DNA of 64,000 nucleotides from an uncultured bacterium (GTDB lineage: Bacteria > Elusimicrobiota > Elusimicrobia > Elusimicrobiales > Elusimicrobiaceae). The DNA lies in contig CASFOP010000005.1 in NCBI GenBank assembly GCA_949296525.1, positions 13,519 to 77,518 on the forward strand, in the 5' to 3' direction. This document shows, piece by piece, positions 17,150 to 25,740 of the stretch (position 1 is the stretch's first letter; the number at the start of each line of letters is the position of its first letter). The notes beneath the pieces are model-generated. The model was given only the letters and a program-made list of their open reading frames with translations, was not told where the DNA came from and did no database searches. A program made the translations under genes and the position numbers.

Positions 17150-17185
17150 CATGCTGAATTTATTTCAGCATCTCCTCCGCTTTTG
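17150..17185. repeat. Intergenic repeat copy 1 (~36 nt)
   Basis: CATGCTGAATTTATTTCAGCATCTCCTCCGCTTTTG is similar to 17350-17386, exactly 200 bp away. Confidence 0.7.
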
Positions 17186-17349
17186 TTTTTATAAAGGCTG
17201 TAAAAAAATTAAGAGTCATCCCCGGGTGCCTTTGCCGGGGATCTTCCTTTGGAATGCTGTTTTATCAAAACAGAACAACCACTTTTCCATCGGAAGATTC
17301 CCGACTACAACCTCGGGAATGACCTTGTTTTATTTCCTGCCAAACAGGC

Positions 17350-17386
17350 CATGCCGGACTTGTTTTCAGTATCTCCTCCGCTTTTC
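17350..17386. repeat. Intergenic repeat copy 2 (~37 nt)
   Basis: CATGCCGGACTTGTTTTCAGTATCTCCTCCGCTTTTC. It shares a 15-nt identical core, ATCTCCTCCGCTTTT. Confidence 0.7.
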
Positions 17387-17396
17387 GGCATATACC

Positions 17397-17423
17397 AAAA
17401 GCCCCGGCATGGCCGGGGCTTTT
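17397..17423 (-). terminator. Intrinsic terminator after the ankyrin genes
   Basis: GCCCCGGC-ATG-GCCGGGGC flanked by A4 and T4. Confidence 0.7.
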
Positions 17424-17445
17424 ATAACCAACCGTAAAGAACTCT

Positions 17446-17838
17446 TCATTCTTCCCGGGCGCCGATAGACTGCAGATACCTTGCCAGCATGGTGGCCCCA
17501 CTCTCTTTAGCTATGCTTAACACGGTTTCGCCTCTGTAATTTTTAGCGTTTATATCCGCGCCGGCAGCGATTAATTCCATGGCCGTTTCCCGTTGATTAT
17601 TCCTACAGGCCTCCATCAGTGGGGTATACTCATACCTGCCTTTAGCGTTTACATCCGCACCCGCTGCTATTAACGCTTTCACTCTTTCCAAATTCCCTGC
17701 ACCGGCGGCCCTCATCAGCATCGTATCCCCTTGCTCATTTACAAAGTTTACATCCGCCCCCGCTGTTATTAAAGCCTGTACCACTTCCATATATCCCAAA
17801 CGGAAAGCTTCCCCTATGGCTGCTATTTTTTCTCCCAT
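17446..17838 (-). CDS. Ankyrin-repeat protein
   Basis: 130 aa with repeated G-TxLMxAxxxGxxExVKALIAAGADVNA units. Confidence 0.8.
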   Translation of the reverse strand: MGEKIAAIGEAFRLGYMEVVQALITAGADVNFVNEQGDTMLMRAAGAGNLERVKALIAAGADVNAKGRYEYTPLMEACRNNQRETAMELIAAGADINAKNYRGETVLSIAKESGATMLARYLQSIGAREE

Positions 17839-18572
17839 TGGCGGGGACTGCGCTCATCACACTCCGTATATATAAACACGGCATTCACATCTGCACCCGC
17901 TGCTATTAAAGCTTTTACCATTTCTAAATTTCCCGAACGGGAAGCCTTCAGAAGTGCCGTACCCCTCCTTTCATCTTTAGCGTTTACATCCGCTCCTAAC
18001 GCTATTAATGTCTTTACCATTTCCCAATTGTCCTCACAAGCGGCCTCTAAAAGCGCCATGCCTCCACATCGTTTGTCCGGAGCATTTATATCTGCCCCCG
18101 CCGCTATCAGGGCTTTGGCCACTGCCCAATGGCCGGCCTGGGAAGCATACATAAACGGCGTAGCGCCCAATTTGTCTGCGTCATTCACAGTTGCTCCCGC
18201 CGCTAGCAATGCCATTACCACATCCAAATGGCCTTTATAGGAAGCTGAAATAAGCGGCGTTTTTCCATCTTTGTCTGCAGCATTTATTTTGGCCCCGGCT
18301 GAAATTGATTCTTTTACAACTTCTAAATGATTATTAAATGAAACCGCCTGCAACGCTGTTTCCCCACAGGCATCCTCCGCATTCACATCCGCTCCGGCCA
18401 TTATCAAGGCTTTTACGACTTCCGCATTACCCAGGGTTGAGGCCTCCAGAAGCGCTGTACGCCCCCTCCATTTATCTTTGGCATTCACATCGGCACCCGC
18501 CTCTATTAGCGCTTTTACTTTATCCAGATTGTTTCCTTTCACGGCTTCCAGTAACTCATTCGTTGCGTTCAT
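17823..18572 (-). CDS. Ankyrin-repeat protein
   Basis: 249 aa with about seven ankyrin units and no signal peptide. It overlaps the next ankyrin ORF by 16 nt. Confidence 0.8.
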   Translation of the reverse strand: MNATNELLEAVKGNNLDKVKALIEAGADVNAKDKWRGRTALLEASTLGNAEVVKALIMAGADVNAEDACGETALQAVSFNNHLEVVKESISAGAKINAADKDGKTPLISASYKGHLDVVMALLAAGATVNDADKLGATPFMYASQAGHWAVAKALIAAGADINAPDKRCGGMALLEAACEDNWEMVKTLIALGADVNAKDERRGTALLKASRSGNLEMVKALIAAGADVNAVFIYTECDERSPRQWEKK

Positions 18573-18933
18573 ATACTTGGTGCCTCCCCGCTATCAAAAT
18601 ATACCCGCCTTGCCCCGTATCCTGCCTTTTCCGCCCGGGCAATCCATTCCGCCCCTCATGCCATTTACAAAAATTATACTATTTCCCCCGACATTCAACG
18701 GCAGGCACGCCGACCGCGGCAAGCAAAACCGCCTAAAATGCCTCCAGAGCGGTTTTTATTGACCGGATACATTTTCCCATATGCAAAATTTATCAAAAAA
18801 AACAATGCAAGGCCTTTTAAAAGGCCCGATCCAACCAATACTCCGGCTCGGTTAGCTGTTTGTTATACATAAGAAGAACGCCCCGCAAACCCGGGGCGTC
18901 CGTTCGGAAAATAAATCTCTGCGCAGGCTGACG

Positions 18934-19434
18934 TTATATTTTTCTCAGGAAGCCAGATGCGTCCCTCTGGGTAAGGCGGGCTTCCAGTTTTTTGGCATAC
19001 TGGGCATACAAATCTTCCAACAGCCAGGTGAAAAGGCTTTTCTTCTTCTCATCCGGCAATTTTTCCAGATAAGCCAACAAAGCGGAAAAGTCGGAAAAAA
19101 TCTCATTCTGCGTATCTTCATCCGCCGCCTGGTGGAAAAAAGCCCCCGCCTGTTCCCCGGACAAGAACAGGAAATAAGCCCCTTCTTTTTGCATATTTAT
19201 TCCGCTTGTTATATCTTTATACAGCAGAAAACAAATAAAATTTTTTTCCTGCACGGGCAACTGGCGCAAATATCCTTTTAACACGGAAAAATCAATCCCT
19301 CGCCGCACATCTTTTTCCTGCTGTTGCGCAGTCCGGTGCAATAAACTGCGCGGTACCCCTTTCCCCTGCAAAGGAGAAGAATACATGCAGAAAACCACCA
19401 GCAGACACATGGCAAAAATTGTTCCCTTTTGCAT
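18934..19434 (-). CDS. Hypothetical secreted protein
   Basis: 166 aa with the N-terminal hydrophobic signal MQKGTIFAMCLLVVFCMYSSPLQG. Confidence 0.55.
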   Translation of the reverse strand: MQKGTIFAMCLLVVFCMYSSPLQGKGVPRSLLHRTAQQQEKDVRRGIDFSVLKGYLRQLPVQEKNFICFLLYKDITSGINMQKEGAYFLFLSGEQAGAFFHQAADEDTQNEIFSDFSALLAYLEKLPDEKKKSLFTWLLEDLYAQYAKKLEARLTQRDASGFLRKI

Positions 19435-19496
19435 GATAAAACACGCTCCTGTGATTTTCTTTTAGGATAAAAAATTAACCATACGGCGACAAGAGT

Positions 19497-19524
19497 CAAA
19501 AGGCCTATTTATTCCATAGGCCTT
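19497..19524 (-). terminator. Intrinsic terminator after the OMP gene
   Basis: A 9-bp hairpin AAGGCCTAT/ATAGGCCTT. Confidence 0.55.
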
Positions 19525-19545
19525 CCGGCTTGAACAGCAGGTAAT

Positions 19546-20295
19546 TTAGAAACGCAGGGAAACGGAGGCTTCCGCCCCTAAACCGTAATAGGCGTAGTTG
19601 GCGGCCAGGCTCAAATCCAAATAAGAAGGAAGCTTAAAGTTCAGCCCCACCGTGGCGCGCGCCGTGGCGGCATATTCGTTTTCGCCGACCAGTTCGGGGG
19701 CGTTGTCGGCCTGGTTAATGTGCAAGGTCGTGTAGTCTACCCCGCCGCCGATGTAGGGCACGAAATATTTAAATTTCATGGACAGCACCAGGCTGGCATT
19801 GTAATGCGTGGCCGAAAAGTCCCGCGCGCTGGCGCTGTGCGCAGACACCACCAGCATCGGCTGGAAAGAGCCCAGCATTTCATTGGGGCGCGTAATGCCC
19901 CAGCGCAGGCCGCCGCCGGCAATGGTCATGCCTTCATAGCTGCTGGCGCGGATAAATCCGTCCAGGCGGAACGGCATGCCGATATCAGCCTGAATCCACG
20001 GGTAAAACACTTCGCCCACTTCGTCGCGCTCGCCCAGCGCGGTGTGCGTGGTGTCGTTTTTGCCTTTGCTCATTTTAAAAATCATGGTGCCGCGCGGCCC
20101 GATTTGAAAGCCGCCCCAGCCCAGCACGCGGCCGGTAGTGTAAGTCCCCGAGCCCATCAGGCCGCCTAAATCTTTGGTAAACGCGCGGACATTGTCCTGC
20201 GACACGTTGGCGGCAAAATCGTCCCAAATATTACGCGCCTGCACGGGCAGGCCCAATACGGCAACGGCCATCACGGCCAGTAAAATTTTTCTCAT
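19546..20295 (-). CDS. Outer-membrane beta-barrel protein
   Basis: It has the signal peptide MRKILLAVMAVAVLGLPVQA, alternating beta-strand patterns and a C-terminal ...SVSLRF aromatic terminus. Confidence 0.75.
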   Translation of the reverse strand: MRKILLAVMAVAVLGLPVQARNIWDDFAANVSQDNVRAFTKDLGGLMGSGTYTTGRVLGWGGFQIGPRGTMIFKMSKGKNDTTHTALGERDEVGEVFYPWIQADIGMPFRLDGFIRASSYEGMTIAGGGLRWGITRPNEMLGSFQPMLVVSAHSASARDFSATHYNASLVLSMKFKYFVPYIGGGVDYTTLHINQADNAPELVGENEYAATARATVGLNFKLPSYLDLSLAANYAYYGLGAEASVSLRF

Positions 20296-20347
20296 CGCTA
20301 TCCTCTTACGTCCAGTATATCTGCTTTACGCCGGCAACGCAAGCGTT

Positions 20348-20686
20348 TTATTCCGTAAAATCCACGCGCATACCGGTCTTAACACGCCCCCGCAGGGTAC
20401 CGCCGGCAAATTCCAGCGTCTGCACCGCACGGTATACAATGGGGCTGATACGCCAGGGCGGCATATTTTCCTTTACATACAACACGGTACCGTCCTCGGC
20501 CAGAAAAAGCACGTCTATGGAAAAGCGCATAAAACAGGTGTGTATCTGCGGGCACGGGGCCAGCAGCAAGGCCTCCCCCGGCAGCATGGACGGGCGGAAC
20601 ATCAGGCCTTTAAGCCGCTTAAAAAAACTGCGCGCGCTTTCCACTTCCTGCGCCAGTACGTCCCCGTTTTCCAGCACGCATTTCAT
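20348..20686 (-). CDS. DUF192-family protein
   Basis: 112 aa with the typical RLKGLMFR ... IHTCFMRFSIDVLFL pattern. Confidence 0.75.
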   Translation of the reverse strand: MKCVLENGDVLAQEVESARSFFKRLKGLMFRPSMLPGEALLLAPCPQIHTCFMRFSIDVLFLAEDGTVLYVKENMPPWRISPIVYRAVQTLEFAGGTLRGRVKTGMRVDFTE

Positions 20687-21135
20687 AAATTCTTCTCCGC
20701 CAGCCGGATTAAATATGTTTTTACCTGCTTTTCCAGCTTCCGGTCTTTAAAAACCGCCTCTGCGGGCGTTTTGACGGAAAACCCGTCCTTATTTTTAAAC
20801 ACCAGAAACGTCAGGCTTATTTCACCGTTAAAATCCACATCGGCAATCAGCATGCGCTCATTGGTAAACGCCTTGCGGTAATCGGCGGAGACGAAACTGA
20901 CTTCTTCCGCCGGATAACGGCAGTCCGCTTTGCACTGCAGCAGGAAATCATACAGGTCTTTGTCCAACACTTTGACATTTTTGTATTTCCCGCCCGAAAG
21001 CGGCAATACCGGCACGCCGCCCTCATTTTTTACGTCTTGTACGTCAAATACGTTCCCGTAGGAAAAAGTGAAAGCGCACGCCGGCACGGCCAACAGACAG
21101 CACAGCAGCGCCGGCGCGCACTTACGCCAAAACAT
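20683..21135 (-). CDS. Hypothetical secreted protein
   Basis: 150 aa with an N-terminal signal (ALLCCLLAVPACA). It shares 1-4 nt overlaps with both neighbours. Confidence 0.6.
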   Translation of the reverse strand: MFWRKCAPALLCCLLAVPACAFTFSYGNVFDVQDVKNEGGVPVLPLSGGKYKNVKVLDKDLYDFLLQCKADCRYPAEEVSFVSADYRKAFTNERMLIADVDFNGEISLTFLVFKNKDGFSVKTPAEAVFKDRKLEKQVKTYLIRLAEKNL

Positions 21136-21707
21136 TATTTGGGCTCCACCACGCGCTCCACATAAGCGCCGGTGCGGGTATCCACCAAAATTTTGTCGCC
21201 TTCGTTGATAAACAGCGGCACTTTGATTTCGGCGCCCGTTTCCAGCGTGGCCATTTTAGTCATATTGGCCACCGTGTCGCCTTTCACGCCCGGCACGGTG
21301 GAAGCCACCGTCAGGGGCACTTTAATCGGCAACTCCATATTGAGCAGTTCGCCGTTGATGTAAATGCCCGTGGTTTCCATATTGTCTTTCAAATATTTTT
21401 TCTGGTCTTTAAGCTTTTCCAGCGGCACGGACACCTGCTCATAGTTTTCGCTGTTCATAAATACGGCCATATCCCCTTCGTCATACAAATACGTAAAGGG
21501 GCGTTTTTCCACTTCCACTTCTTTAAATTTGTCTTCGGGCCGGTAGGCCGTTTCAATCAAAGAACCGGTGTGAATGTTGCGCAGTTTTACGCGCACCACG
21601 GCGCGGGCCTGGCTTTTGCGGTGATGCTGGAACTCCACGATTTCCACAATCTGTCCGTTCTCATCCTCAAAAATCAGTCCGTCGTGAAACTGAGTGGTGT
21701 TGATCAT
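21135..21707 (-). CDS. efp: Translation elongation factor P (non-canonical loop)
   Basis: 190 aa with EF-P-wide similarity (VRVKLRN..TG, YLYDEGD, VPGVKGDT, TGAEIKVPLFI). The usual KPGKG loop is replaced by HHRKSQ. Confidence 0.9.
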   Translation of the reverse strand: MINTTQFHDGLIFEDENGQIVEIVEFQHHRKSQARAVVRVKLRNIHTGSLIETAYRPEDKFKEVEVEKRPFTYLYDEGDMAVFMNSENYEQVSVPLEKLKDQKKYLKDNMETTGIYINGELLNMELPIKVPLTVASTVPGVKGDTVANMTKMATLETGAEIKVPLFINEGDKILVDTRTGAYVERVVEPK

Positions 21708-21775
21708 CTTGTACCTCTCTGCGGGCGGCCTTGCGGCGGGCCCGTTAATTTTGCGTCAAAAAGCCGCGCGGGCTG

Positions 21776-22852
21776 TTATTTCCGCGCGGAATGTTTTTTT
21801 AATTGCGTCAAATTTTTGCTTCCGGTTTTAGTCACCAGGTAGCTGTCTTCCAGGCGCACGCCGAATTTGCCGGGCAAATAAATGCCGGGCTCCACGGTGA
21901 CGATGAAATTTTCTTCCAGCTCCCCGATGGCGCCTTTGCGCTCAATGGGGGCTTCGTGCACTTCCAGGCCAATGCCGTGGCCGGTGGTATGGATATAATA
22001 CTTGCCGTAGCCGGCGTCTTCTATAACGTCGCGGGCGGCTTTGTCCACTTCTGCCACGGGCAGGCCCGCGCGCAAAAGTCCGTCCGCGGCCTGTTTGGCC
22101 ATGGACACAATGTGCCAGATCTTCGTATATTCAGCGGGTTCTTTGTCCCCGTGCCACCAGCTGCGGGTCATATCGGAGCAATACCCCTGATAAAAACAAC
22201 CGAAATCCATTAACACCGCATCATTTTTTTTAAGTTTGCGTTTGGCCGAAGGCGTATGGTGGCAGTCGGCGCAGTTTTCGCCGAAGCATACAATGTTAAA
22301 CGGCACGCTGTCCGCGCCGCGTTTAATCATGGCCAACGCCATCAGCACGCGCACATCTTCTTCGCTCATGCCGGTTTTAATTTGGGGTTTGACTTCCGCA
22401 AACGCTTCGGCGGCGATACGGCAGGATTTTTCTATAAGAGCCACTTCATCTTCGTATTTAACTTTGCGCATTTCCGCCGTGCCGCCTTCCAGCCGGCACA
22501 GACCGGCGCGGGAGAGTTTCTCCCCGCGGGCAAAGTCCGCCGTCTGCGGGTCAAAGGCCAGACGCGTCAGTTTACTTTTAGTCGCCAAATCCAGCGCCGC
22601 TCCCAGCATATCGCCCTGCACAGCTTTGACCGTCATAAAATCTGCCGCCGGAGCCATTTTGGGCACAATCATTTCTTTGGTCAGACAATAAGCCTTGCGC
22701 GGCGTCAGCAGGAATACCGCTTCTTCCGCGTCCACATCCACCCCCGAAAAATAACGCAGTTCCAGCGCGCTTAGACAAATATATCCGTCCAGCTGGGCGT
22801 TTTTCAGAAGTTTTTGAAAATCTTTCAGACGCAGAAAACCGAGGTTTTTCAT
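21776..22852 (-). CDS. M24-family Xaa-Pro aminopeptidase/dipeptidase
   Basis: Pita-bread fold motifs: DFGCFYQGYCSDMTR, HGIGLEVHE, VEPGIYLPGKFGVRLED. Confidence 0.85.
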   Translation of the reverse strand: MKNLGFLRLKDFQKLLKNAQLDGYICLSALELRYFSGVDVDAEEAVFLLTPRKAYCLTKEMIVPKMAPAADFMTVKAVQGDMLGAALDLATKSKLTRLAFDPQTADFARGEKLSRAGLCRLEGGTAEMRKVKYEDEVALIEKSCRIAAEAFAEVKPQIKTGMSEEDVRVLMALAMIKRGADSVPFNIVCFGENCADCHHTPSAKRKLKKNDAVLMDFGCFYQGYCSDMTRSWWHGDKEPAEYTKIWHIVSMAKQAADGLLRAGLPVAEVDKAARDVIEDAGYGKYYIHTTGHGIGLEVHEAPIERKGAIGELEENFIVTVEPGIYLPGKFGVRLEDSYLVTKTGSKNLTQLKKHSARK

Positions 22853-22854
22853 AA

Positions 22855-23916
22855 TTATTTACGGGTTAAAATATCCGCTCCCGCTTCGGTAATGACGGTG
22901 GTGTCTTCCAGACGCACACCGAATTTTCCGGGCAGGTAAATGCCGGGCTCCACAGTAACAACATTACCCTTTTTTAAAATAGCCGTCGTTGTCTGGTCGT
23001 TGCAGGGCTCCTCGTGGATTTCCAGGCCTACGCCGTGCCCCAGGCGGTGCGTAAAATATTCGCCGTATCCGGCGTCGGTAATAATGGCACGCGCGGCGGC
23101 GTCCACCTTTTGTGCGGCGGCGCCGGGCTTTTCGGCGGCGATGCCGGTCTGGCGCGCCTTGTCCACGACATGCCAAATTTTAGTGTATTCTTCGGGCTCA
23201 TTGTCCCCGTGCCACCAGCTGCGGGTCATATCGGAGCAATAGCCGTTATAAATGCAGCCGAAATCCATCAGCACCGCTTCATCGTCTTTCAGCGCGCGGT
23301 GCGAAGTTTCATGGTGTGGATTGGAGGTATTTTCCCCAAAAGCGATAATGGTTAAAAACGATGTGGCCGACGCGCCTTTCACGCGCATGAATTTCTCCAT
23401 TTCGGCAGCCACTTCAAATTCCGTTACGCCGGTTTTCAGCAAAGGTTTAATATATTCGTATGTTTCATAAGCGATGCGGTTGCTGTCGCGCAGAATGGCA
23501 ATTTCATGTTCATCTTTGACCTGGCGCAGCTCACTGATATAACTTTCCGCCTCCACAAACCCCGCCGCTTTGAACAGGCTGCCGGCCATATAGCTTTCCT
23601 TGCCGGCGTCAAAGCCCACACGTTTAAGTCCCAGCCGGCCTGCTTCAGCCACGGCCGCGGCAGCCATTTGCTTATCCTGGCCGACAGTGCGCATAAACGG
23701 GTATTTCTGTTTCATCGGTTCTACATACAACTGCCGCGTAAAACAGGTCAGCCCACCTTCATGTAGCAAAAGCACCGTTTCCCCGAGATAAAAATAAAAA
23801 CCCAGCAAATAAAATTGGTCAATATTATTCGTAATTACCAGCCCGTCCAACCCGTCATGGGTCATAAAATTTTTCAGCGCGGCGATCTTTTGCATGATTC
23901 TTTGTTGTAAAATCAT
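22855..23916 (-). CDS. M24-family Xaa-Pro peptidase (tandem paralog)
   Basis: It has the same motif set (DFGCIYNGYCSDMTR, HGVGLEIHE, VEPGIYLPGKFGVRLED). The ATG at 23916 has AAGGAG upstream. Confidence 0.85.
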   Translation of the reverse strand: MILQQRIMQKIAALKNFMTHDGLDGLVITNNIDQFYLLGFYFYLGETVLLLHEGGLTCFTRQLYVEPMKQKYPFMRTVGQDKQMAAAAVAEAGRLGLKRVGFDAGKESYMAGSLFKAAGFVEAESYISELRQVKDEHEIAILRDSNRIAYETYEYIKPLLKTGVTEFEVAAEMEKFMRVKGASATSFLTIIAFGENTSNPHHETSHRALKDDEAVLMDFGCIYNGYCSDMTRSWWHGDNEPEEYTKIWHVVDKARQTGIAAEKPGAAAQKVDAAARAIITDAGYGEYFTHRLGHGVGLEIHEEPCNDQTTTAILKKGNVVTVEPGIYLPGKFGVRLEDTTVITEAGADILTRK

Positions 23917-24039
23917 AAAATCTGGCTCCTTTTTCTCTATACAATATAATATATCACTTTTCCTGCGTTTTGGACAATGCCGCAAACCGGGAAATTATAT
24001 ATAATAGAAAATATTATGGATACATAACAGGTCTGAGTT

Positions 24040-25614
24040 ATGAAACGACTGCTGGGCCTTTTCCTTGCGTGTTGTTTGGCGGGCACATTGCACGCGGCGG
24101 TTTTTACCTCTGCTGACGGGCGGTTTACCATCGATTTGCCGTCCGGTTGGGCAAAAGCACAAAAACCGGCTGAGGGTTCTGTCTTGTCTGTCGTCAAAGA
24201 CAACGCCCGCATAGACATGAAAACCGTCCCCGAATGCCGGGATGAAGCCTGCATTGAACAAAAGACCCAGGATGACCTGGTGGAAGTAAAAAACAAAAAG
24301 ATGCAGGTAGTGGGCAACACCTATACCGGGGAAGAAATCAAGCGTATTGATTTCTCCACCGGGGAGCCTTTTTTCTATATTAGTTTTTTCACTTCCAAAA
24401 ATGATTTCAGTTCCGGTTATTTCCTCATTGGAGGAAAAGCATATTCCGTATTAGCTAAAGACTTGTCTTATGCACAGACGGATTTGATTTTTTCGTTGAT
24501 TTCCCCCGTACAAAGTACGACAGCGGAGCAAAATCCTGTCATGGAAATGGACCTGGCTGACGCCCGTGCTTATGACATTGAAGCCCTGCCTGCCGTTTCC
24601 CAGGAAATTTTATTGACGGACCAACCCCTTCAGTCTGTAACCCCTCTCCCGACTGAGCAACCCGTGAAACCTGCCGCCAAACCCGTGCGGCTCAAACGCC
24701 TGCGCACATTGGTAACGGATAATATGCCTCCTTACATCAAACGGCTGGGGCACGGATTTGACATATGGGTGTTGTTGCTTTTCCTATATATCTTGGTACA
24801 GGCAGGTGCACTGGTCATACGCCCGTTTATAAAGCCCCGCAAACTGACCGTCCAAGCCAATCCGCACTCCCTTTATCCCATACGGTGCCGACGCCTCTAC
24901 GGAACGCCCTCGCTGATTTACCGCGCACGAGATAATCAGGGCCATGTCCTTCAGTCCTTAACCACCCGTTGGGAAAATTTGTTTTTCTTTGGCGGACTGA
25001 TGTTGGTAATCGGGGCCACACTGGTTATGGCGCTGACTGGCGTGCTGGAACATACGCGCCTGATACCGTTAAGCTCATTTACATATAACACTATTTACTC
25101 GGCTGCATCTTTAATTATCCCGTTGGGTTTTGCCGTTTTTTTCTGCGGGCTGTTGTGGTCTTTGCTAATATTAAGGCAATTTACGTTTTACAATGCAAAA
25201 GGCCATCGTGTTGTTTATATTACCCAACGAGGATTCAGCCTCCGGAAAGAGCGCTATGTAGCTTACTTTACAAAGACAAAAGAGATACTTGTGCTGGAAA
25301 GGAAACGCTTTTCCTGGTTGCATAAATGGCAAATATTGGACAAGGAACAGCGTGTACTGGCACAAATTACGGAGGACAGCCCCTGGCGGGCCCTGATACG
25401 CAAATTTACGGGGCATTTGTGGGGCTTCTTGCGTGCTTGTTACCGCATTGAAGGCCCCATGGGCAGCAGCGGACGCATAGAAAATGCCCGGGGCGCATTT
25501 AACCGTTTTATTTGCCAAATGGACAAACCCCAGGCACTACCCGCGCGGGACATGCTGGTTGCCTCCCTTATCATAAATATCCGCGACCGGGATAAATGGT
25601 ACCCCTGGCCCTGA
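24040..25614 (+). CDS. Multi-domain membrane protein of unknown function
   Basis: 524 aa. It has a signal peptide (LACCLAGTLHA), a ~180-aa exported domain, a Pro/Gln-rich linker, about 4 TM helices and a ~150-aa C-terminal soluble domain. Confidence 0.7.
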   Translation: MKRLLGLFLACCLAGTLHAAVFTSADGRFTIDLPSGWAKAQKPAEGSVLSVVKDNARIDMKTVPECRDEACIEQKTQDDLVEVKNKKMQVVGNTYTGEEIKRIDFSTGEPFFYISFFTSKNDFSSGYFLIGGKAYSVLAKDLSYAQTDLIFSLISPVQSTTAEQNPVMEMDLADARAYDIEALPAVSQEILLTDQPLQSVTPLPTEQPVKPAAKPVRLKRLRTLVTDNMPPYIKRLGHGFDIWVLLLFLYILVQAGALVIRPFIKPRKLTVQANPHSLYPIRCRRLYGTPSLIYRARDNQGHVLQSLTTRWENLFFFGGLMLVIGATLVMALTGVLEHTRLIPLSSFTYNTIYSAASLIIPLGFAVFFCGLLWSLLILRQFTFYNAKGHRVVYITQRGFSLRKERYVAYFTKTKEILVLERKRFSWLHKWQILDKEQRVLAQITEDSPWRALIRKFTGHLWGFLRACYRIEGPMGSSGRIENARGAFNRFICQMDKPQALPARDMLVASLIINIRDRDKWYPWP

Positions 25615-25740
25615 TGCCACCTGGCACGGGCATCGCCGCAGACGAGGGCCCATTTTCTGCCAATCACCGTACGGCTAACTGGGGCTTGTCGCCCGTTTTT
25701 TAATTTTCTGCCCAACCTGGTGCCGCAAGCGGAGAGCCTT

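Noticed and set aside
17823-17838. Programmed ribosomal frameshift at the A6 run joining the two ankyrin ORFs.
   Set aside because: The downstream frame has an in-frame TGA ~27 nt upstream of its ATG, so only a narrow window would allow fusion. There is no stimulatory structure, and the junction peptide would not restore a clean ankyrin unit. Simple overlap or a frameshift mutation is more likely.
20683-21135. SpoVG-like fold for the 150-aa secreted protein.
   Set aside because: I noticed only a vague resemblance in the pattern of its C-terminal half. A signal peptide is inconsistent with cytoplasmic SpoVG, so this is not supportable by eye.
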